64,000 bases of DNA from Macrostomum lignano (lineage: Eukaryota): contig NIVC01000616.1 of the NCBI GenBank assembly GCA_002269645.1, forward strand, positions 1 to 64,000, read 5' to 3'. Below, piece by piece: positions 38,209 to 49,171 of the stretch (the stretch's first letter is position 1; each line of letters opens with the position of its first letter). Position numbers and translations under genes: made by a program. The notes under the pieces are model-generated. The model saw only the letters and a program-made list of their open reading frames with translations. It did no database searches and was not told the DNA's origin.

Positions 38209-40436
38209 TGTAACCGCCCTTGTCGCCTGCCCGCTCCGTAGAGAGACGAACGCATGACTAGAGGGGGCAATGACCGTAGGCTGCCTATGACCGGGCAACC
38301 ACCTGACGGACCTCCAGCACCAGACTGTCCCGCCCACATGATTAGTAGCTTTTGGTAGCGCTTCGTGACCAGAGGGCCAAGGACCCACATGGACCCCACC
38401 TGTAGCCAAGGTGCAATAGTTGGTCACTCGGTCATGGTATGACCCGAGTGGCTGCCACCACTCTATGTGACCTGGCGCACCTGGATCTTTCTACCAGACC
38501 TCTCGAGGCTAGAGCCCCGCCTGGATTGGTTACCAGGGGATTTAGGCTAACAGGGGAGACGCATGCAGCCGAGTACAGGGACTCTGCTTGGGGCATGATC
38601 GAGAACTCTGGGCTCAATCCTGGAGGATTTCTCAGCAGGGGATCCTTTGTGGCTGTGAGCGAGGCTGACTTGCGACTTTGATTACTAAGAGTAGTATGAG
38701 GCGAACATGTACTGTCTACAGTTTAGATTGCTCAGGGCGAAGGGACGCGTAAGCAGGGGGTTGCAACCTTCCTACTGCCATCCTGTGCCAAGACTCGCTA
38801 ATCCCTCTACTGCACGCACACGCGGCCCCGCAGCACGCACTCACAGGCGGGCTTTGCACGGGGAGAGGCCATTAGCTTACCCAAACTTCCTTATGCTTTG
38901 CCACCCCGGGAGAAAGGCTTAACAAGCCATGAGTTAAATGATGGTGAAAGATTGAATGATGATGAAGTTAGTTAATAGTTAATAATTAGGCCCTTAGGCG
39001 AATAATCAGGCACTTAGGCGGCTTCACTATTGAGTAAAATACAGCAAAAGATACGGTATCACAATTGGCTCAGCTCTCTAATCAGACAATGGAAAATAGG
39101 CAAACCCCGGATAAGCAGAGGCAATTAGAGCACAAATTAGTAACAGGAACTTACCGGCAGCTGCACAGAGAGAGAGAGAGGCGGAGTGACCGAGGGCGGC
39201 TGTAGGCTGCAGTCAGGCAGACAGTGAAGCGGCGATGCGCCGGAGCGACGAGGCGCTGATGTAGATCAGGCGATGCTGATGATGCTGGGCGGTATCAGAC
39301 CGCTGGCCGATAGGCGAGCTCACTTGGGGAGCTAAGGATAACTTGGCGGTAACAGACCGCGGACCGGCAGGGATTCGTCTTATAGACGAATGGGTCAGAA
39401 CTCAATCTGACTGCAAGTCCAAAGAAGGACGAGGAGAGGAAAAAAGGTTGAAGCGTAGAACGCGAGAGCACTGACGATTCTCATGCCGAAATCGCTTCCT
39501 TTTATAGACCTCACAGCCGCCTCCTCAAGGTCGTTACCATGGCTCCCTCTCTCTGATTGGCTGCCGGCAGAATGACGTCAGAATGAGTCATGATGAGAAG
39601 CATGAGACCGGCATAGCAACATGAGAAATAGGGAAATTGCGCAATCCGGAGGTGGGGTGGGGGGATAATTGGCGCAGCGGGTGGTTGCGAAAGTGTTGCG
39701 CAAGCAAACATTGAGAACAATAGGGCTGGGGTCGAGAACAAAGGAATTGGAAATCGGGGATAATTGGGGAAAACTGAGAACAATGGAAAAGTAAACATTG
39801 GAGAAAAGGTGATAATTAGGTGCGAAAACGAGAACAAAAGAAAGAGAAAATCGGAGAAAATGTGATAATTGGTGGGGGTCGAGAGAACAAAAGAAGCAAA
39901 AACGAGAACAATAGAAGCGGAGGTGGGGTGGGTGTCGCATGAGAAATTTGGGGAGGAGAACAATGGCGTGAGAAAAGGTTGCGCAAGAGAGGGGGATGAG
40001 TCATCGATGAATCACCGAGGGGGAGAGGGGGTCACACGACTTGCGTCACCGTTCGGGAGTTTGAGAGGGGATGGGGGGACGGTGAGCACACAAAATACTG
40101 TAAGTAGACACAGGGAAAGAGGGGACAGCGCAGGAAAAGAGTGCAGAGGGAGAAAAAAAAGAGAGGAGATAGAGAAAGTACAGGAAGAATAGGGCGGAAA
40201 CAGAAGAGATAGGGTAGAGGGGGAGGTACAGAAAGGGGTAGGGGGCTCCGGAAAGGCAGGTGTGGCGGCAGGAGAGACGGGACCAAGGCAGCAGGAGGGG
40301 TGCAGCAGAGCGAGAGTCTCCAGGCCCGGTCGGAGACCTGGCCGAGTCTCGACAGCTCTGTGCAGAGGGTGCACGGGATAGGAGGCACTTTCGAAAAAGT
40401 TCCCATGCCCTATCCCGCGACCAGAGCGTGGTTACA
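38209..40436 (-). mobile_element. 2.2-kb LTR (3' LTR of a minus-strand element)
   Basis: Termini TGTAACCGC...GCGTGGTTACA; PPT-like GGCAGTGGGGGTGTGA abuts 40436 on the minus strand; internal promoter motifs in minus orientation. Confidence 0.75.
39500..39580 (-). promoter_or_regulatory. LTR promoter: CRE, CCAAT and TATA boxes
   Basis: TGACGTCA 39573-39580, CCAAT 39556-39560, TATAAAA 39500-39506, in the correct order on the minus strand. Confidence 0.6.
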
Positions 40437-41498
40437 TCACACCCCCACTGCCTTTTGTGACGGAACTGGTTCCGTCATCATCACTGCCCAACATGGAACC
40501 ACACAGACGGGAGCGGGATCTCAACCGAACGTGAAATCACAGAATTAACAAACCGCGAGCGGGAATGGGAAAAGGCGATAAAATAGAGGGGATAGCAATA
40601 AATTCACAAAACGAGATACATAGGTTGAAGTGCAATACAGAATTTCAAAAACTTCAACTGTTGCCGTGGCTAAAGTGGGAGGGGGGAAACACAGGCAGCG
40701 CAATAGTAGGGAGAAAAATAGCGAATTGTCAACAATAAATTATCATAATTGGATAGAAGCGCAGCTGGGGGAGAGAGGAAACGGGGAAGGGTGAGGGAAG
40801 TGGGGAAAAAGAAGGGGGGAAGGGTTGCTAGCACACAGCCAAGGGCAGAGCCTCGGGGAGAACGACAATTACACAGTGGGAAAATACTAATGCAGCGCAG
40901 TAAATTAATAAGCTAATTTCGCCGGGAGTTCAACCGCACGGAGGCCTAGCGTCCTTGAAGGCTCGGACCCCGCTTCAGCCAGTCAGAGGGCTTCGGGGCG
41001 ATCGGTTGTAGGCTGGGAGGCGCCGCGCCGGGCGCTGGCCACTGTATAAAAGGCGCCACTGATGACGGGAGCCGGCTGCCTGCAACCTACACGGAGTCGC
41101 AGTTTCCAACCAAGGCACTCAGCGCGATTTTCCAAACTATACAACTACTCGGTAAGTCCCATCACCAACCTGATTTCCTTTCGCCTGTACGTTAAACGAA
41201 ATCCACCCACTTGCCATGCCTTTCATATTAAACTGAGCCAATTGCAGTAATAATATATGGCCTTTCTTACGGTAAAAGTAGTGAGCAGCCAACACAGAGC
41301 CATTTTTAGGAACTTTTAGGATAATGATACAACAATGACTCGTATATTGGTTATTAAAGTTTAAAAATGAATATTAGGGAAGAACCGAATATTAATAGGA
41401 TAATTTCACACACACACACACGACAAACACACAACGCAAGGGGCGGAAAGGCGGGTCGGACCGGCCGGCGGACGTCGCTCAGCAGGCAGTCGGCATCC

Positions 41499-42848
41499 TT
41501 ACTCGAAATGGGCCTCTTGATTTAGCTGGTACGGGCCATATGCCGCCACCTGAGCCATGGCACTGGCCCATGCTTCCACATAACGTTGGGCTGCCGCGGC
41601 CGTGAGCACCACTCGGTGCCATCGGCTAGGCAAGATGTCGTTGCGCAGCACGCCCCTCAACTGCGGCAGAGTCGGGATGCCCAGGGCCCGGCATTGGACG
41701 ACAAAGGCCGCATTCCGTACTTGTTGCAGCCGTGTCAGAGTTGGTGCAGACAGTGGCGGCTGCGCGATTGCAAAATGCTGCAAAGTGCCACGGGGCACCT
41801 CGGCCAGGCCCGCGTAGCCGGGCTCAACGTCGCCCAGGGCCGCCAACACCCACCCACAGCGGCGATTGAACCGTTGCGAGAGAGTGGCGGCCCAGGCCAC
41901 TGTGGCAAACGGCGCATAGAGGAGGGGCGCAGAGGCCGGCGCGGAGGCCGCAAGAATGCCGTCGTGGATGACGAGAGCCTCTTCCCATTCGGCGCCCTCG
42001 CTCAGGAAGCCCCAGAGCAGCCCTGGCAGGTCCGCAGGAAGCATGCCCCAGCGGCTGGCCAAGCTGGCCAGGCCAATCAATAGCCGGGCTCTCTGGGTTG
42101 GTGTCAGTTGTCTAGTCATCTGAGAGGAGGCTGCGCAGCTGATGATCACCTTCTTGTAGACCGGCCGATCGCAGGTGCTGAAGATTGCTGTGATGGGGGC
42201 ACAGGACGGCGGCCGGGCTGTCAGGTGTGATGGTTCCTCCTCCACAACCTTGCGGAGGAACTTGGCGGCCTGCCGGACTAGGTCGCCGAGGGCGTATTTG
42301 TAGGCGCTCTGGGCCGCTGCCTCGATGTACATTAACAGCGTATTGTCAACCAATCCCAGCAGGGCCGCTTTTGACAGGATGAGCAGACAGGGCCGGTCCA
42401 GGTTGTCGCGAAGTTGGCGCTCTAGAGTCGCGTGCCTGTCCTCGGCCTGGAGTGGGCCATGATAGGACTCGGGCCCGACCCAGTGCACCAGATCCATTGC
42501 TGTCGCCGAAGGTTCGCCAGCCACCTGACCCCAATCGACTTCTTCTCTTTGCAGGGCGATGTCCACACTTCGGCGGCTGTTGAGCAGAACATCACGCAGG
42601 CGGCGGGCCGCCTCGCCGAATTCGGCCGCCATGTCCGAAATGTCCGCGGTGTCGCCCCCAGCATTGGCCGGGTCGATTGTCTCGTCACCTTCTTCGACCC
42701 TGGCGGAGGCCGCCGCTGGCGGCTCGGGGCCGTCCTCCGCCTCTTGGATGGCGTCACGGGGCCGCTTTCGGCTAACCGGGCTGGCAGGACGCTCAGACGG
42801 TAAGCTGGAGCATAGCTGAATTCGATTGATGGTAGGCTTCGTGTCCAT
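41499..42848 (-). CDS. Orphan intronless 449-aa protein, function unknown
   Basis: Uninterrupted GC-rich ORF; basic NLS-like SRKRPR; upstream TATAAG at 42942-42947; no motif I recognise. Confidence 0.7.
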   Translation of the reverse strand: MDTKPTINRIQLCSSLPSERPASPVSRKRPRDAIQEAEDGPEPPAAASARVEEGDETIDPANAGGDTADISDMAAEFGEAARRLRDVLLNSRRSVDIALQREEVDWGQVAGEPSATAMDLVHWVGPESYHGPLQAEDRHATLERQLRDNLDRPCLLILSKAALLGLVDNTLLMYIEAAAQSAYKYALGDLVRQAAKFLRKVVEEEPSHLTARPPSCAPITAIFSTCDRPVYKKVIISCAASSQMTRQLTPTQRARLLIGLASLASRWGMLPADLPGLLWGFLSEGAEWEEALVIHDGILAASAPASAPLLYAPFATVAWAATLSQRFNRRCGWVLAALGDVEPGYAGLAEVPRGTLQHFAIAQPPLSAPTLTRLQQVRNAAFVVQCRALGIPTLPQLRGVLRNDILPSRWHRVVLTAAAAQRYVEAWASAMAQVAAYGPYQLNQEAHFE

Positions 42849-42976
42849 GTCAAGCTGGATAGTTCATAGAATGCTTCAGCGATTGAATGACAGAATGATT
42901 TCTCTGATTGATGATTTCCAGCTCTGGCAGGCGTGGGTCTTCTTATAGTGCCGGTATTATGCTTTCAACACTCCCC

Positions 42977-43039
42977 TACTTCCACTCTCCCCCGGAGAAC
43001 TCAAGTATGTTTGAGTTCTCCGGGGGGAGAGTGGAAGTA
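42977..43039. other. Strong hairpin (28-bp stem, one bulge, 6-nt loop)
   Basis: tacttccactctcccccggagaactcaa-gtatgt-ttgagttctccggggggagagtggaagta. Confidence 0.9.
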
Positions 43040-43318
43040 AATTGTAGTCTCCGTGGGAGAGACTTTGTGGCGATCATGTAGTCTCCCCTGGTCGTGTGGT
43101 CTCCCCCTAGTGTTTTTTTATCTTTTGCGTTGCAATCTCCCGCATGAACTCTCCCCCACGAAGAGCCGTATTTAAAATATGTATCGGCACAAAAAAGTTC
43201 AAACATTTCTGTAATTTTCTAAACCAAAGTCAAAAAAAGATATATTTTCAGAGATTAGTAAATCCTAGTTAATTGTAAGTGATTAAATGAGCAGCATAAA
43301 TTTGACAGCACTTGCGGT

Positions 43319-44615
43319 TTAAGTGGCCAATTTTAGATGAACACCATTGATGCAACGGGAAATGTCCTCCAACTTGTACACGTTTCGGCCAAGCGCTGCA
43401 GTGATGGTGAAGATTTTACGGCTCCAGAGAGGCGACATTTTTCCACCTTTACGATCATCACGGCGCTTGTTGCGAAGCCGTACCTTGTCACCAACTTTGA
43501 AGTCGCTGAACTTGGCCGCTCCCAGTCGCTGCTGGTGTGTGCGTACCATGATGTGCTGAGCTCGGCGAATTCGGCGATAGAGTCGAAGCTTAGTTCGCGC
43601 GCGCTCTTCGTCCTTGATGCGCAGCCAGTCACGATCCAGCGTTGGCTCTAGGTAGCGCCTGTCTGCCTCTCCATCAGCGAAGTCGGAAGGAAGAACAGCG
43701 GTGTGTCCAAAAGCGGCCTTGAATGGAGAGACACCTGTGACCGAATGTTTTCTAGCATTGTATGACAGCTGAATCTGTCCCAGATGCGAGTCCCAGTCAG
43801 TTGCAGTTTCGTCACAGGATTTGCGGAGCATGAGGAGGCATGTCTGGTTGAGCCTCTCCGTTTGACCATTGCTTTGAGGGTGGTAGGAGCTGGTGACTCG
43901 ACGCTCCGATGCACCAGATTGCAAAAGTTGGTCGATGACATGGTTGCAAAATTCTCGACCTTGATCCGATAGAAGAACTCGTGGCCAACCAAAAATATTA
44001 AACACCTCGCGCAAGACAGGCGATCGTCACTGCTTGGATGTTTGGTAGAGCTCGAAAAATGGCAAACTTGGTGAATTTGCATGTGATTGTCAGGATGTAC
44101 TTGTTTCCCGCGGAAGACACGTTCGGCATAGTAATGCAGTCGATGCAGGTAAATCCGAAGAGATGCTCAGCCGAAGATGGGATGCTAATTGGGTGCAATT
44201 CACGCGAGGCAGAGCGGAACTTCTTGTTATTTAGTTGACATGGCTCACAATGTTTTATGATATCCTCGCAGATGGCCGTGACATTAGATTCTGTGAAAAA
44301 TCGCTCGTTGAACTTGGTGATAGTAGTCCGAATGCCGCAATGTTTTCCTTCTAGGTGTAGTGCCAGCACCCTTTCCCGAGTCTCAGGCTCTGAAAAAATG
44401 ACGGGTCGCTCATTCTCGCTGCGTTGCTTCTGTGAGTTTTCCTTGTTCATGACTTTTTTCTGCAGTCTGCCGTCTCGAAGGGTAAAGGTCTTTGATTTTT
44501 CCCGTATTCTCCGCTTTAGATTCTTTGCTGCTGCACCATTCAGCTGCTCGGGAATGTCGACGTAAGAATTGGACAGCAAATAATGAAAAACCTGATTTAG
44601 CGAGGCAGTTGCCAT
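43319..44615 (-). pseudogene. Stand-alone Gypsy-integrase-like (GIN1/Ginger1-type) DDE integrase with one frameshift at ~44010
   Basis: GIN-like N-terminus (HYL..YVDIP..KRRIREKSKTF), H-x4-H..C-x2-C finger, CIDC..LLSDQGREF..YHPQSNGQTERLN core, C-terminal FKVGDKVRLRN..RKGGKMSPLW (GPY/F-like); no RT or RNase H upstream. Confidence 0.85.
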
Positions 44616-45049
44616 TATTGCGGTCAGCAATGAATTAATTTTTATTGAGACTTGGGACTAATTGGTGCACGTGAATTAAATAAAGCTCAATTCTATTGAT
44701 CGACCAGGTTTCAGCTCTACAACCCACCCTCCCTCCGAACCCACCAATTCTAAACTAAATCAGTGAGTTGGAATTCAGATTCATAAAATTGCGTCACCAG
44801 AATATGTCACAGCTACTCATAGTGCTGCAAGACCTGGGGCTTAAAGCTTAAATGATTTGCCTGCGCTAATGTGCAAGGTGCGTGTAGGGGTGCGAAAGTG
44901 TGCTCACCGAACGTTTATGGATAAGTGGGGGAGGGTGCAAGTAAGGGAGAGACTAGAAAGTCCGACTAATGTCGTGACTTGCCGTCTCCCCTAGGGAGCG
45001 AATTCAAGTCACTCGACGATCGTTTTGTACTCTCCGGGGGGAGAGCGCA

Positions 45050-45301
45050 TGAGGTGGGAGAGTACAAAGTCTGACACCGGGGCTGGCTTCTCATTGGTTG
45101 AGCACACTGGGAGGCACACCTGCTGCGGCCGGGGTCGCCGTTGGCTTGGGACCGCTCGCTTTAGTCTCCGTGCGCTCTGATTGGCTGGTTCCGCCACTTC
45201 CTGTTTCCTCACCTGTGAGCAGGGGGCAGACCCGAGACCACCTCCGTTCGCGCCCGCGGCAGATCCGTACTCCAGCCGACAGAGATCGCACTCCCACCTC
45301 A
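45050..45301. repeat. 252-bp unit bounded by 11-bp inverted repeats TGAGGTGGGAG/CTCCCACCTCA (solo-LTR-like or MITE-like)
   Basis: TG...CA termini; internal CCAAT and ACTTCCTG motifs; no clean TSD. Confidence 0.45.
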
Positions 45302-45499
45302 CATGCACACATTCAGATCAGGCACACAAATTAATTTGGTTAATATGAATAGAAGAGGGATTTGGGAGATTAGACTCCGGAGGATTAATGATGAAGCGGC
45401 CCAACTCCCTTCGATTTCTTCCTTCAACGCCACGCACACGCAGTTCTCATCCATGCCTCCGAGACCCTCATAAACTTAACAGCCGAAAGAATTTGAAAG

Positions 45500-45830
45500 A
45501 GGAATTAATCATTAATTTGACTGCCACCAGTTTGATGTACTATTATAAAAGAGAAAGGGGAACCTACCACCATCTTGGCGCATTACTAAAGAAAAGAAAA
45601 GGAGGATCAGCCACCATTTTGAGAGAGGTTGCTAGGGAAAACTGCCACCAATTGTACATTAACAGGGAAGAGAAAGAGGGAACTCGTCACCAATTAGAGT
45701 GGATTGCACGGGGAAACTGCCACCATTTGCCCTTCTACCAGAGGAGAGGAAGACGAAAAACTGCCATCACTTAGAGGTGTATTATTAAAAGAAGGCGGGG
45801 AATAAGGCTACCACTACTTGATCACCTAGA
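45500..45830. repeat. Array of 8 degenerate units: purine tract + (C)TGCCACCA-like core, spaced ~33-47 bp
   Basis: Cores at 45521, 45563, 45608, 45642, 45683, 45717, 45761, 45806. Confidence 0.7.
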
Positions 45831-46978
45831 GCTCAAGAGAAGGAAAGGGAATGAAGAAATGAAGAAACCCCCAAGAAGGCCACTATCACACGCCATAAAG
45901 TTAAGATCCCCATCTATCTACATCCTAATAATTTGCTAGTTTCCTAACTCCTATCTTATCCTTTAAATTCTTGCGTCCAGGGCTCCGACAGGTCACCGCC
46001 GAGCCCATTGTTGAAGAGGAGTCCGACTACGAAGCGCCCGAGGGCAGCCTTTCCGGGCCGGACACCCACTCCGATTCTGGGTCGGCCGCACCACCAGGCG
46101 GAGTCGGCGCCGAGGCGCCCGAGCCGCGCGGTAATCGGGCCGCCAGCGCGCCAGCGCCCGGGGCCAGTTGGTCGCCGGCGCCGCCACCGCTGTCAGGACG
46201 AGCCCGACCTCAGCCGCCGGTGGCGACCGTGGCACCGGTAGCCGCTGCCCCACAGTTCTCGCCAGCCTCTATGGTGGAGACCGATGGCTCCTGGCACTTG
46301 GTCGTGCTGGCGACGGCCCTGGTAGCCGGTCTCACCATGCATTGGCTGCTGCTCTTGGAGCTGTTTCTGCGGCTTCCCAACTGCTGATACTAATCCTTCT
46401 CACGCTGACTTAATCTACCTACTCGAAACTTAATTGCCCCACTAACTGACTTTAATTACTTACCTGACCTACAGTGAGTCTATACCTAGCCTACTCTAAA
46501 ATAAACATTGCTCCCCATCTGTCTACTAAACTTAATTACAATACACACCCCACTATTGCATCATCGAAACCAATTAAAATTTTCCCCAAATCTGACTTTC
46601 ACAAAGTGTGAACAAACACACGAAATCAGACCTAAAGGTGCTAATTTCCTACGGTCCCAGACTTCCATTGTTCCCAGAAAATCTTAAACAGCGGGACAGG
46701 ACCTCCTGTGGAGCAGACCCATAGAAATTTTACTAGTTTCCAAGTTAATATTTACTGTTAGGGAATTAACGCATACCGTACGGGCCTAATTTTCGAGCTA
46801 AAATCTTAGATATTTAAACAACACCAACGAGCACGAGGTCACAACATAAATTCGAGTAATAGAGGGCATACGTAAATACGCGAAAAGCGGTCTCCAACGG
46901 GGCAACACGAGCAAAATTTCGACACGCGAATCGGGGGGGGGGAATTAAGCAATCACTGGCTAGCTACCGATCTGTTAC

Positions 46979-47503
46979 TCAGCGGGGGTCGAATGGGAGA
47001 CTCACACCTAGCAAGTAAACATTTTCTGTTCGATAGTCTATGATAGCATGCGCACTGGCTAGAAAAGCACTACCCAGGAGGGAAACTGCTGCTGAATTGC
47101 CAACGACCAGAAAGAGGATTCTCACCTCTTCTAGCCCAATAACTGCTGTGAGGGTGGCCTGGCCTAGCATCTCTAATTCATTGCCCGTGTAGGACACGGC
47201 CTTCACACATGGGGGCTCCAGGGCCTCCACACTCTGTCCGGTAATTTTAGTAAAGTCTTTGACTGTTAGCAAAGACAGCGCACTGCCCCCATCTACCAGG
47301 AGGCGGGTGGGAACATTCTCAATTGGCAACTCTACAACAATATCTCTCCCGCGTTGTCCTCTAGCTGGTCTTGGCTGATAGAAATCGGGTACCTTCTCAA
47401 ATCTAAACTTCTTGCTGGGCGGGCGTGGCAGGTTAATCTGGGCCCTAGAGAGGGAACGGGGCTGAGTTCGGGCCGGGCCATTCAGCCCTCCCACGGGTTT
47501 CCC
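46979..47503 (-). CDS. Retroviral-type aspartic protease in the -1 frame of gag, ending in a stop with no RT following
   Basis: VELPIENVPTRLLVDGGSALSLL...LLGSAFL...IIDY; atypical DGG at the catalytic site. Confidence 0.8.
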   Translation of the reverse strand, partial: GKPVGGLNGPARTQPRSLSRAQINLPRPPSKKFRFEKVPDFYQPRPARGQRGRDIVVELPIENVPTRLLVDGGSALSLLTVKDFTKITGQSVEALEPPCVKAVSYTGNELEMLGQATLTAVIGLEEVRILFLVVGNSAAVSLLGSAFLASAHAIIDYRTENVYLLGVSLPFDPR

Positions 47504-48928
47504 GAACCCGGGGGCTCTTCAGGCGTGGGAGGAGGAGGCATCAGAGCTTGCGCGCGCAGCTGGGCGAGCCTCTCCTGCCTCTCCCTGGTAGCCTCGTCTA
47601 ACATATCTCTGCCCCAATCCGCTAAATCTTGCCTATGGCGATCGGGTGGCGCACGAAGCTGCAATTGTTGCTGCTGCACACCCGGCGCCGGCGGCGTGGG
47701 CGCCTCCTGAATTGCAAGCGGCGGGGGGCTGGGATTGGCGCCAGTTCCTACTGCTATTAGAGCCGCCCTGCCCCTGCCTCCAGTTCCTGTTGGGAGTGGC
47801 GGGGCGAGGGGGTCTCATCTGCTGGGGCAGCTGGGCAACAGACTCTGCTGTCGCCTTCATAGTTTCATTGAGCTGCACCAGCTGGTTGCGCAGATCCTTT
47901 TGCGTTTGCTCTAGCGCGCCCAGCCTCTCTTGCATCTCTGATAGGCCGTCACCGTCCTCCTCCGTCTCGTCAGCTTCCTGGTTCACCATCCTGACCCACT
48001 TGCGAGGGGGCCTGGGTGGCTGCTGAGGTTGCAGACGGACTTCGGTGCGGGACTCAGACTTGGGCGGGCCACTACTGTCCCATTTCCCGGCTAAGTCTGC
48101 GGCTTCTAACAGGGCTTGCTGCTGTTCTAACACCTGCTCAATTGTCTGCCAGCGACGGCTCAACAGATCTTGTCTGACCTGGCGGGGGAGCTTAGCGTGT
48201 TCCAAGTAGGTGTACACGATTTCTTGTTCTCTCTGCTCACCCTGAATCTGAGGAAACATGGCCGTTATCTGAGATCTTATCATAGCAGCAAAAGCACTAT
48301 GTGATTGGCCGGGTTTCTGGCTCAGATTCTTCAGCTTATTTCTCTTAGCCAGATCAGTGTTGGCCTCGCCCAACTGCTCGCCTAATCTAGATACGAACTG
48401 CTCAAATGGCAATTGCCCGTCCAATCCTAAGGCTAAGTTCTGAAATTCACCTGGGAGGTGCGAGATGAGCACCTGTTTCCTAGCCTGATCTCCTACAGTT
48501 CTCTCCGCGTCCAGCTTGTAGATCATTTTCTCTACCCATTGCACAAAACAGTGTTCGCCGGGAGAGAACTTCTCTACGTAGATTTTCGGCCTCTGGGCGT
48601 CTTGGCCCATGTTTAGCTGGTTTAACGCATTGGCTATAGCAGCAACTAAGTCTCCTAGCTGCGGGACTGCCTGAGGAGGATTCTGGGCTGCGTCCGGGGG
48701 AGCAGCGGCGGCTGCTGCGTCACCCTGATTGGGAGCGGGAGCTGCTACTCCTTCATCTGGTTCCTCAACTACTACTGCTTCTGGAGGCTGAGGGACCTGG
48801 TTACCAGCGGCTGCGGCCATTGCGGCTGCGGGGGCGGCAACTGCTGGGGTGTCAGCGGCCGAGGGTGGTTGACCAGGGGCGTCTGCGCACACAGCTTCTA
48901 CGACCCTATCTCCACGCGCCCGTGACAT
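47482..48928 (-). CDS. gag: Ty3/Gypsy-type Gag (one frameshift near 47680; ends ...PPGSGNPWEG*)
   Basis: KIYVEKFSPGEHCFVQW...LKNLSQKPGQSHSAFAAMIR capsid/MHR-like region; coiled coil; slippery GGGAAAC at 47497-47503 with downstream GGGCTGA..TCAGCCC stem. Confidence 0.8.
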
Positions 48929-49151
48929 GTGAATGCCGGATAGCTGGGGGAGTACCCACTACCGGGAAGGAAAAGAAAAGAAAGCCGGGGCAACTACAGG
49001 TAAAGACCGAAAAGTTGACCCGAAACACACAAACACAGACAAAACTCACACACTTGCGGCGTCGAAGAAAACAAATTGAAAAACGGGTGGCTCCACATAA
49101 TTCCAGTTAGGCAGTCCTAACGGCTTCACTCGGCAAAGCACACAAACTCAA

Positions 49152-49169
49152 CTGCGGCTACCACTACCA
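49152..49169 (-). other. Primer-binding-site candidate of the gag-PR element
   Basis: Minus strand ...ATAGACA-AC-TGGTAGTGGTAGCCGCAG. Confidence 0.6.
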
Positions 49170-49171
49170 GT

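Noticed and set aside
45500-45830. Repeat-spacer-like array as a CRISPR
   Set aside because: Cores are only ~9 bp and degenerate, and there are no cas genes; kept as a PBS-like array instead
45971-46387. 138-aa GC-rich + strand ORF with a hydrophobic end
   Set aside because: Low complexity, non-ATG start, and several frames are open because of high GC
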